Below, piece by piece: positions 1 to 7,212 of a DNA stretch of 15,931 bases; within the stretch, counting starts at the first letter, position 1, and each line of letters opens with the position of its first letter. The stretch lies in the NCBI GenBank assembly GCA_041742355.1, contig JBGSIV010000144.1:1-15931 (forward strand), read 5' to 3'. The DNA is from Candidatus Zixiibacteriota bacterium (GTDB lineage Bacteria > Zixibacteria > MSB-5A5 > GN15 > FEB-12). Position numbers and translations under genes: made by a program. Under the pieces are notes generated by a model. It made no database searches, was not told the DNA's origin, and saw only the letters and a list, made by a program, of their open reading frames with translations.

Positions 1-225
1 TCGTTCGTCGGCGCCGGCTACTTCGACACCGTCAGCGCCGTCATTACCGCCGGCCAAACGTCGACTGCCGCCCTGACCGGATCCACCGAAGAAGAGCAGT
101 TCAGGGAACCGACTCCCGACTTCACCCGGGCCGAAGAACACCACACCCGGGCCGACCAGACACTCAGACCGCGCACGACTCCGAATACAACTCGTGTCCC
201 CTCCGGCACCACTAAGAACCGGTAA
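1..225 (+). CDS. aceA: Isocitrate lyase, 3' end only (5' part outside window)
   Basis: Frame 1 reads [34 protein letters not shown], the characteristic ICL C-terminus (VGxGYFD...[14 protein letters not shown]). About 40 extra residues follow, then TAA at 223-225. Not in the ORF track because it is partial. Confidence 0.93.
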   Translation, partial: SFVGAGYFDTVSAVITAGQTSTAALTGSTEEEQFREPTPDFTRAEEHHTRADQTLRPRTTPNTTRVPSGTTKNR

Positions 226-240
226 CCCGGCGACAACAGC

Positions 241-280
241 CGATTTGACCGCGGCCGGTGCTCCGACCGCGGGCAAATCG
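241..280. promoter_or_regulatory. Intercistronic stem-loop between aceA and the aminotransferase gene
   Basis: Arms 241-258 (CGATTTGACCGCGGCCGG) and 263-280 (CCGACCGCGGGCAAATCG) are complementary at 16 of 18 positions with a 4-nt loop. There is no U-tract. Confidence 0.6.
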
Positions 281-306
281 TAACCATAAATCTGATGAGG
301 ACTGCC

Positions 307-1494
307 ATGAACATACCACAATTCCAGCCCCCCGCACGGTTACTGCTCGGCCCCGGACCATCCGCCGTCTACCCCGAAGTGCTCGAGGCCCTGAGCCGGC
401 CGACCGTCGGTCACCTCGACCCCTGGTTCGTCGATCTCATGGACCGGACCAAGGAACTCCTCCGCTACGCTTTCATGACCGAAAATGAAATGACCATGCC
501 CGTCTCCGCCCCCGGCTCGGCCGGAATGGAAACCTGCCTGGTCAACATGATCGAGCCGGGCAACAAGGTCGTCGTGTGCGTCAACGGCGTTTTCGGCGAC
601 CGCATGCGCGACATCATTGAGCGTATCGGCGGCGTCCCGGTCGTGATCCACGACCAGTGGGGTTGCGCGGTCGACCCACAGAAAGTCGAGGACACCCTGC
701 GCAAACACACCGATGCCCGCTACCTCGCCTTCGTCCACGCCGAGACCTCGACCGGCGCACTGTCCGACGCCTCGACCCTCGCCTCCATCGCCCACCGCTA
801 CGATGTCATGGTCATCATGGATGCCGTCACCTCCCTCGGCGGCGTTCCCGTCAAGCTCGATGAGTGGGGTGTCGATGTCGTCTATTCCGGCTCGCAGAAG
901 TGCCTTTCCTGCATCCCCGGCCTCTCGCCGATAAGCTTCAGCGAGAAAGCCATGCAGGTCGTGCGCAACCGCCGCACCAAAGTCACGAGCTGGTTCATGG
1001 ATCTGAACCTCGTCACCCAGTACTGGGGCGCCGGCAAGAAGCGCGCTTACCACCACACCGCGCCGGTCAACAACATCTACGCCCTCTACCAGGCCCTGAC
1101 CATCCTCAAGGCCGAGGGCCTCGAGAACAGCTGGACCCGCCACCGCGACAACCACCTGAAACTCAAAGCCGGCCTCGAAAAACTGGGGCTTGAGTTCGTA
1201 GTGGAAGAGAAATCCCGCCTGCCGCAGCTCAACTCGGTCGAGATTCCCGAGGGCGTCGATGACGCCGCGGTGCGCAAGGCGCTGCTCGACGGCCACGGCA
1301 TCGAGATCGGCGGCGGTCTCGGCGAAATGGCCGGAGACATCTGGCGCATCGGGCTCATGGGCTACTCCTCCTCCGAGGAGAACATCACCCGGCTCCTTGC
1401 GGCCCTCACCGCCACGCTGGCCGACCAACGGACCGCGAAGCCTGCTGTCGATACCGAAACGAATACGGCCCGCCGCGAAACCAAATCCGTCTGA
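307..1494 (+). CDS. Alanine-glyoxylate / serine-pyruvate aminotransferase (class V PLP enzyme)
   Basis: Motifs LLLGPGPS, VHAETSTG, DAVTSLGG, SGSQKCL (PLP lysine), YHHTAP and WRIGLMG. ATG 307 is preceded by GAGGA; ATG 295 is an alternative start. Confidence 0.93.
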   Translation: MNIPQFQPPARLLLGPGPSAVYPEVLEALSRPTVGHLDPWFVDLMDRTKELLRYAFMTENEMTMPVSAPGSAGMETCLVNMIEPGNKVVVCVNGVFGDRMRDIIERIGGVPVVIHDQWGCAVDPQKVEDTLRKHTDARYLAFVHAETSTGALSDASTLASIAHRYDVMVIMDAVTSLGGVPVKLDEWGVDVVYSGSQKCLSCIPGLSPISFSEKAMQVVRNRRTKVTSWFMDLNLVTQYWGAGKKRAYHHTAPVNNIYALYQALTILKAEGLENSWTRHRDNHLKLKAGLEKLGLEFVVEEKSRLPQLNSVEIPEGVDDAAVRKALLDGHGIEIGGGLGEMAGDIWRIGLMGYSSSEENITRLLAALTATLADQRTAKPAVDTETNTARRETKSV

Positions 1495-1521
1495 CACCGT
1501 CGAGTCGTCGTTCTGCAATTC

Positions 1522-1556
1522 GAGGCACGGCCCTGCGGGGTCGTGCCTCTTTCTCT
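1522..1556 (+). terminator. Intrinsic terminator after the aminotransferase gene
   Basis: GAGGCACGGCCC-TGCG-GGGTCGTGCCTC forms a 12-bp stem with one G-U pair, followed by TTTCTCT. Confidence 0.75.
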
Positions 1557-1579
1557 GCCGTTGGCGCTCCGAAATACGC

Positions 1580-1608
1580 TTGCCCCGGATTATCAATGGC
1601 GGCATATT
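1580..1608 (+). promoter_or_regulatory. Putative sigma70-type promoter for crcB-DUF190
   Basis: TTGCCC (1580-1585), 17-nt spacer, CATATT (1603-1608), directly after a terminator. Confidence 0.55.
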
Positions 1609-1669
1609 GCCCCGTGGTTCTCGACTCCTGCGGGGCAGGGGAGAGGCCCACGAAAGGAGAACGCTCGCC

Positions 1670-2047
1670 GTGCTGCACAAACTCCTCTGGCTCGCCCTCG
1701 CCGGAGCGCTCGGAACCCTCGCCCGCTACGGCCTCGCGGGACTCGTCCACCGCGTCGACGGCATCTCGTTCCCCTGGGGAACCCTTGTCGTCAACATCAC
1801 CGGCTGCTTTCTCGCCGGCCTGATCTGGACCCTCTTCGAAAACCGCTGGCCCGTCACCGCCGACACCCGCATCGTGATTCTGATCGGCTTCCTCGGCGCC
1901 TTCACGACCTTCTCCGCCTTTATGCTCGAAACCGGCGAACTGGCCCGGTCAGGGGAGTGGCTCTACGCTCTGGCGAACATCGGCCTGCAGAATGTGCTGG
2001 GCTTTGCCGCGCTCTTCGCCGGCATCACGCTCGGCCGCCTTGCGTAA
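1670..2047 (+). CDS. crcB: Fluoride efflux channel CrcB/Fluc
   Basis: GTG 1670 follows SD AAGGAG (1654-1659). Fluc motifs GALGTLARY, FPWGTLVVNITGCF and GFLGAFTTFSAF are present; 125 aa. The track ORF starting at 1259 is over-extended. Confidence 0.95.
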   Translation: MLHKLLWLALAGALGTLARYGLAGLVHRVDGISFPWGTLVVNITGCFLAGLIWTLFENRWPVTADTRIVILIGFLGAFTTFSAFMLETGELARSGEWLYALANIGLQNVLGFAALFAGITLGRLA

Positions 2048-2062
2048 CGAAAGGGGACACGG

Positions 2063-2404
2063 ATGAAACTGCCTTCGGATGCCTTCCTGCTCCGGATCTT
2101 TATCGGCGAAAGCGACAAAGTCGGCCCCAAACCGCTCTACGAAGTCGTCGTCGAAGAGGCCCGCAAACGCGGCATGGCCGGCGCCACCGTCCTGCGCGGC
2201 TTCCTCGGCTTCGGCGCCAACAGCCGCATCCACACGGCTAAAGTTCTGCGCCTCTCCGAGGATCTGCCGATTGTCATTGAGATTGTCGATTCCGAAGAGA
2301 ACATCCGGGCGTTCCTGCCCGAGCTCGATGTGCTGATTAGAGAAGGACTGGTGACCCTGGAACGGGTGCAGGTGATTACCTACCGGCACAACCGGACCGA
2401 CTGA
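2063..2404 (+). CDS. DUF190 family PII-like protein
   Basis: Motifs LLRIFIGESD, GMAGATVLRG.LGFG and LSEDLPIVIEIVD. SD AAGGGG. This family is commonly adjacent to crcB. Confidence 0.9.
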   Translation: MKLPSDAFLLRIFIGESDKVGPKPLYEVVVEEARKRGMAGATVLRGFLGFGANSRIHTAKVLRLSEDLPIVIEIVDSEENIRAFLPELDVLIREGLVTLERVQVITYRHNRTD

Positions 2405-2416
2405 TCCGCCCGATGC

Positions 2417-4042
2417 CTACCGCACGTACGGCGCGGGATCGGTGATCCGCCCGTTAAGTGCTGTCGCTGCGGCCGTCGCCGGCGAACACAGGTACAACTC
2501 CGCCCCGAACTCCGCCGCTTTGCAGAATAACGCCGTATTGGTCGTCGCGAGGCACCGCTCGCCCGCCCCCAGTTGCTCGCCGAGGCGATCCCCGTACAAC
2601 CCCGCCGACGGATCCATGACCGTCGCGCCCGCCTCCACGAACACGCGAATCAACCCCTTCTTCAGCGCTTCAAGATAAACCGACCGCGAGGCCGGCACTA
2701 CCAGCACCCGGCAGTCGGCATGTACCTCTTTCCCCTTGAGGATATCCGCCGCCACCCGAAGGTCATCGAATCGGCCGTTCGTGCCCGTGCCGATCACGAC
2801 CATCTGCACCGTGAGGCCGTCCAGATCCTTTACCGCCCGCACCTCCTCGGTGCTGTTCGGGCCGGCAATCTGCGGCACCAGGGGATCGATATTGATCTGG
2901 AACATCTCGGTATATTCGGCATCCTTGTCTGAAAGCATCGCCTGGAAGTGGCTCCCGTTGCGCGGATTGAGATACCGCCGCGTCACCGCCTCGAACGGGC
3001 AGATAGCCCCTTTCGCCCCGAGGTCGGCGGCCGCGTTGCACAGCGTGATCCGCTCGCTGATCGTCATGTGCGAAATCGCCGGGCCATGGAACTCGATCAC
3101 CCGGTAATCCGCTTTCGACGCACCGAGACGCTTGAGCAGGTTCAGGATGATATCCCGCGTGTACACGCCGCGCGTCCGGCGGCCCGTTACGTCGATTCGG
3201 ATCGTCTCGGGCACCTTCAGCCAGATCCGCCCGCTCGCCCACACCGCCGCCATTTCCATCGGCGAAATCCCGGTCGAAAATGCCGACAGCGCGCCGTACG
3301 TCGTCGCGTACGCATCTGTCCCCACCACCAGTTGCCCCGGCGTCACGAGCCCGTGCTCGGCGACCAGCTGATGGCAGGCGCCCTCGTGCACATCGTAAAA
3401 CTGCTGGATCCCCTGCCGCCGCGCGAACTCCCGCACCGCCATGTAATCGCCCGCCGTGATGCAGCTGTCGCCTTCGCAACAGCGCGACAGGGAGATCGCT
3501 ATCCTCGACGGATTCCACACGTATTCGGTGCCGATCTCTTTGAAGTACCGCAGAACATCGGCGGCGTCGTGATGCGCCACCGTCAGATCCGGCTCGACCG
3601 TGACCAGATCGCCGATCTCAGCTTTTTCCTTCCCCGCCGCCCGCGCGATTATCTTCTGCGCCACTGTCTGCTTGCCGTACAGGCTGACCGCATGCCCGCG
3701 CTGCTTGAGCCCCGGCAGATTCAGCTCCAGCTGCTCAAGCTTCAGAAACGCCGGCTTCTCCTTGATCCCATACCGCCGCCGCCAGTTGTAAAACGCCGCC
3801 TTGGAAATCCCCAGCTCCAGCCCGCATCGATCGTCGTCGCCGAACCGCTCCCACAGGTTGCGCACCTCGGGCTCCGAGAACTTCGGCACCGAGTGTTTGG
3901 CGACATTCTTCTTCCGCCGCCAGTACGCCACGAGGTAGGCCGGCACACCGCCGAGCCGCTCGCCGATCTTTTCGTCGGTCTTGTACAGCTTCTGCAATTG
4001 CAGCAGCTCCGACTTGGTGGGGATCTTTTTGCGGCGCGCCAT
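2417..4042 (-). CDS. LeuC/HacA-family (aconitase-superfamily) large subunit homolog with N-terminal tandem HTH; catalytic and Fe-S motifs degenerate
   Basis: ATG 4042 (MARRKK) lies 1 nt after the HIT stop; 541 aa. LeuC-like segments include QTVAQKIIA, GACHQLV, WLKVPETIRI, ERITLCN, TNGRFDDLRVAA and YLCSPATAAATALNGRITDP. Residues ~10-95 form two HTH-like repeats. Confidence 0.88.
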   Translation of the reverse strand: MARRKKIPTKSELLQLQKLYKTDEKIGERLGGVPAYLVAYWRRKKNVAKHSVPKFSEPEVRNLWERFGDDDRCGLELGISKAAFYNWRRRYGIKEKPAFLKLEQLELNLPGLKQRGHAVSLYGKQTVAQKIIARAAGKEKAEIGDLVTVEPDLTVAHHDAADVLRYFKEIGTEYVWNPSRIAISLSRCCEGDSCITAGDYMAVREFARRQGIQQFYDVHEGACHQLVAEHGLVTPGQLVVGTDAYATTYGALSAFSTGISPMEMAAVWASGRIWLKVPETIRIDVTGRRTRGVYTRDIILNLLKRLGASKADYRVIEFHGPAISHMTISERITLCNAAADLGAKGAICPFEAVTRRYLNPRNGSHFQAMLSDKDAEYTEMFQINIDPLVPQIAGPNSTEEVRAVKDLDGLTVQMVVIGTGTNGRFDDLRVAADILKGKEVHADCRVLVVPASRSVYLEALKKGLIRVFVEAGATVMDPSAGLYGDRLGEQLGAGERCLATTNTALFCKAAEFGAELYLCSPATAAATALNGRITDPAPYVR

Positions 4043-4043
4043 A

Positions 4044-4544
4044 CTACTTTGCCGGCTCCTTCGTAAACTCGCGTCGCAGCAAGTCGTACACCCTGTCCAG
4101 CGGCACCGACATGATCTTCGTCTTGCCGACCACCGGCATGAAATTCGTATCCCCCACCCAGCGCGGCACCACGTGCATGTGCAGGTGCTCCGGAATGCCC
4201 GCGCCCGACTCACGCCCGATATTCATCCCGAGGTTGAACGACCGCGGATGGTACGCCTGCCGCATCATGCGCACCGTCAGGCGCGTCAGCTCGAAAAACT
4301 CCGCCGCTTCTTCGACGGTGAGATCCTCCAGCTCGCCAACATGACGGATCGGCACCACCATCGAGTGCCCCGGATTGTACGGGTACTTATTGATAATCAC
4401 CACGTTGAGGCGGCCACGGTGGACAATGAGGTTATCCACAGAATCCTCGTCTCGCCCGATGCGATTGCAAAACACGCAGCCGTCTTCCTTTTCGCCGAAA
4501 ACGAAGTCGGCTCGCCATGGCGCCCATATCGTATTGTCTTCCAT
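4044..4544 (-). CDS. HIT-family nucleotide hydrolase/phosphorylase (Ap4A phosphorylase-like)
   Basis: Motifs WAPWR, CVFC, NKYPYNPGH, FNLGMNIG, histidine triad HLHMH and PRWVGDTNFM. Confidence 0.92.
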   Translation of the reverse strand: MEDNTIWAPWRADFVFGEKEDGCVFCNRIGRDEDSVDNLIVHRGRLNVVIINKYPYNPGHSMVVPIRHVGELEDLTVEEAAEFFELTRLTVRMMRQAYHPRSFNLGMNIGRESGAGIPEHLHMHVVPRWVGDTNFMPVVGKTKIMSVPLDRVYDLLRREFTKEPAK

Positions 4545-4552
4545 AGGGCTGT

Positions 4553-4581
4553 AAAATAAGCAAATGAAGGCGGCCTGCCAA
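4553..4581 (-). promoter_or_regulatory. Putative sigma70 promoter giving a (near-)leaderless HIT / LeuC-like transcript
   Basis: Minus strand TTGGCA (4581-4576), 17 nt, TATTTT (4558-4553), then only 8 nt to ATG 4544 with no SD. Confidence 0.55.
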
Positions 4582-4703
4582 GCCCATACGTCGGAAATAT
4601 TTCTCCCGACGCATTTTGTTGTGGTTAAATGGCTTACTGGTGGCTATCGTATAGCCGATAGACCGCCCCTCACAGAGCGGCCCACAACCGCAGAAGGGAA
4701 GTT

Positions 4704-5567
4704 ATGCACAAAATCCTCGTAATCGGCGGCACCGGCATGCTCGGCAAACCGGTCGCCACCCGTTTGGCCGGCGACGGCTTTGATGTCACGGTCATGTCTA
4801 CCCAACCCGAGAAGGCGGCCGCGAATCTCGGCAACCACATCCGGGTTGTCGATGGCGACGTCCGCCGCCCGGAAACACTCACGGCTGCGCTCACCGCCAG
4901 CGATGCCGTCTACATCAGCCTGAACGCTGAGGGGGATCCCGAGAAGCTTCGGTCGATTGAGGTCGAAGGCACTGCCGCTGTGGTCCGCGTCGCGCGCGAT
5001 TGCGGCGTGCGCCGCCTTATGATGATCTCCTCCTCCAACATCGGCGAGGGCCAGCCGCGCAGTGCGTATAGCGACGCCAAACTCACCGCCGAACGATCCC
5101 TCATCGACAGCGGCATCCCGTTCACGATCTTCCGCGCCTCGTGGTTCTTCGACGCGCTCCCGATGATGATCGAGAAGGGGGGCGGACGATTGCTCGGACA
5201 CCAGAAGCTCCCGCTCGGATGGCTCGCCGCCTCCGACTACGCTCGCCAGGTTGCCGCCGCACTGCGCACTGACTCCGCAGCGAATCAACTCTTCTACTGC
5301 CTCGGCCCTGAGAAAATGACCATGCTCGACGCCGCGCGCCGTTACTGCGTCCTGCGCGCGCCCCAGGTGAAACCGCAGGAGGTCCCCTTCTGGCAGGCGA
5401 AAATGGCCGCCGCGCTTCCCGGCATGGAAATCCTCCGCCACATCATCCCGTTCTTCGAATACATGGAGAAAGCCCACGAAGATGTTGACCCCCGTCCCGC
5501 CAATGCGTTACTTGGTCCCAATACGACCACACTTGAAGAGTGGGCGAGTACACTGCCACCGGCATAG
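4704..5567 (+). CDS. Atypical SDR / NmrA-like NAD(P)H-binding protein
   Basis: Rossmann motif ILVIGGTGMLG, YxxxK (YSDAK) and SGIPFTIFR. SD GAAGGG. Confidence 0.88.
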   Translation: MHKILVIGGTGMLGKPVATRLAGDGFDVTVMSTQPEKAAANLGNHIRVVDGDVRRPETLTAALTASDAVYISLNAEGDPEKLRSIEVEGTAAVVRVARDCGVRRLMMISSSNIGEGQPRSAYSDAKLTAERSLIDSGIPFTIFRASWFFDALPMMIEKGGGRLLGHQKLPLGWLAASDYARQVAAALRTDSAANQLFYCLGPEKMTMLDAARRYCVLRAPQVKPQEVPFWQAKMAAALPGMEILRHIIPFFEYMEKAHEDVDPRPANALLGPNTTTLEEWASTLPPA

Positions 5568-5597
5568 TCAACATCCGGCTTCCTGGGGAGGAAGATC

Positions 5598-6188
5598 ATG
5601 AAGCGCATTATTGTCCTGCTCCTTGGGCTCATTCTCGTCGCCGCCATCAACTGCTCTGCCTTCGATGGCAGCCGCAAAGGCTTCGTCCTTGGCGGCGGGA
5701 TTGGTTTTGCTCCGTATGCGCACTGGTCATCAAGTGCCGATGATTGGACCTTCAAACCGCTCGTCGATGAAACCGGCGGTGCTTTCGCCTCACACCTCTT
5801 GACCGGCTACGCCTGGGACGATCGCAACATGGCGGTCGTCGAGATGAACTGGGTGTTCTACGGCTCTGACATAGGGGATATCTACGGCGATGACGTCGAA
5901 GTCCACCACATGTTCATCGGTCCCGCCTGGTATCACTATTTCGGCCTGCGCGGGCACAGCTTCTACAGCTCTGTCGGCGTCGGGCGGTACGGCTTCGGTC
6001 AGCCTGGGACAATCGGCGTGTGGCGCGGCTGGTCGTATATGGTCAGCGGCGGCTACGAATTCACGAAGCAGGTGCAGGCCGGTGTTGTACTGGTCGGAGG
6101 CAAAGGCGAACCCTGCTGCGACAGCGATTCCGATCTCGATGTCGGTTCGGTCAACATCAGTCTCCTCCTGACCGTTGTCGCCTACTGA
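5598..6188 (+). CDS. Secreted outer-membrane beta-barrel protein (hypothetical)
   Basis: SD GGAGG, signal peptide MKRIIVLLLGLILVAAINCSA, alternating Gly/aromatic strands (GFVLGGGIGF, FYSSVGVG, GGYEF) and a C-terminal aromatic residue (VVAY). Confidence 0.75.
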   Translation: MKRIIVLLLGLILVAAINCSAFDGSRKGFVLGGGIGFAPYAHWSSSADDWTFKPLVDETGGAFASHLLTGYAWDDRNMAVVEMNWVFYGSDIGDIYGDDVEVHHMFIGPAWYHYFGLRGHSFYSSVGVGRYGFGQPGTIGVWRGWSYMVSGGYEFTKQVQAGVVLVGGKGEPCCDSDSDLDVGSVNISLLLTVVAY

Positions 6189-6243
6189 TCGCGGCCGATA
6201 GTTTTTGTTGCGGCCCTCCCGGAAGCACCCGCATACTCCTCCC

Positions 6244-7200
6244 ATGCATTACCAGCCGCTCCCGCGACTCGATACCGATACCGGCGCCGTCCGTTCCTCG
6301 CTCTTGCCCCACTGCCGCCTCCGCAAAGGGGACATCTGGCGTGACCCGCTCGGTCGCCATATCGTCGCCTGCGGCGATGCCGCCGACCCCGCGTTTATCC
6401 GCCGCCTCTTCGGGAAGCGCCGCGCCGCCCTTGCCATTCAGGATCCACCGTACAATCTCGTGATGGGGGAGAAGCTCCCCTCACTCGACTACACCGCCTG
6501 GTGCCGGCGCTGGATCGACACGACCTCCTCCATCCTCGCCGCCGACGCCGCCCTCTACATCTGGCTCGGCGCCGACCAGGACCACCACTTCCAGCCGCTG
6601 CCGCAGTTCATGGCGATGATGGCCGACACGCCGTTCGCCTCCCGCTCATTCATCACTATGCGCAACCAGCGCGGCTACGGTACCCAGCGCAACTGGATGG
6701 CCGTCCGCCAGGAACTGCTCTACTACACGAAAGGCAACCCGCCCTTCGCCGTGCAGTACACCGACATTCCGAAAGTCCTCCGCGGCTACTACAAAACTGT
6801 CGATGGTAAGCGCACCGAGAACACCGAGCGGGGGAGAGGCGATACTATCCGCCCCGGCAATGTCTGGGTCGACCTTCAGCAGGTATTCTACCGCCGCGAG
6901 GAAAATGTCAACGGCTGCTATGCACAGAAACCCCTCGCGGCCATCGAGCGTATCGTGATGGCTTCTTCGCGCACCGAGGATCTCGTCACCGATTTCTTCG
7001 CGCACTCGGGCACGACGTTAATCGCCTGCGAGCAGACCGGCCGTCTGTGTGTCACCTGCGACCTCGACCCGGTCTTCGCGGAGATCACGATCCGCCGCCT
7101 TGAACACTTCCGCACCACCGGGCGCACCGGCTGGCAAGCCGGGCACCCCTTTGAACAGGAACTACATCCGAATTCACCTTCTGTCGTTTCGTCTTTGTAA
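6244..7200 (+). CDS. Orphan DNA amino-methyltransferase (N6/N4 family, beta-class motif order)
   Basis: Motif IV DPPY near the N-terminus; QKP and motif I variant DFFAHSGTTL near the C-terminus. ATG 6244 is preferred over TTG 6205 because TTGCGG-18 nt-CATACT lies 6 nt upstream of it. Confidence 0.88.
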   Translation: MHYQPLPRLDTDTGAVRSSLLPHCRLRKGDIWRDPLGRHIVACGDAADPAFIRRLFGKRRAALAIQDPPYNLVMGEKLPSLDYTAWCRRWIDTTSSILAADAALYIWLGADQDHHFQPLPQFMAMMADTPFASRSFITMRNQRGYGTQRNWMAVRQELLYYTKGNPPFAVQYTDIPKVLRGYYKTVDGKRTENTERGRGDTIRPGNVWVDLQQVFYRREENVNGCYAQKPLAAIERIVMASSRTEDLVTDFFAHSGTTLIACEQTGRLCVTCDLDPVFAEITIRRLEHFRTTGRTGWQAGHPFEQELHPNSPSVVSSL

Positions 7201-7212
7201 GTTGGGGACAGC

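Noticed and set aside
1560..1669. Canonical fluoride riboswitch upstream of crcB
   Set aside because: The GATGG..GTTC P1/pseudoknot and GCTGATGAC elements are not present; only GACTCCTGC resembles the motif.
340..1680. 446-aa minus-strand ORF and other long antisense or alternate-frame ORFs (1543-2241, 2948-4066, 4644-5477, 6918-7745, 14501-15232)
   Set aside because: They overlap well-supported genes, carry no recognisable motifs, and are expected shadow ORFs in high-GC coding DNA.
4043..4213. Extra 57 N-terminal residues of the 598-aa LeuC-like ORF
   Set aside because: This segment overlaps the HIT gene in another frame. ATG 4042, immediately after the HIT stop, is the better start.
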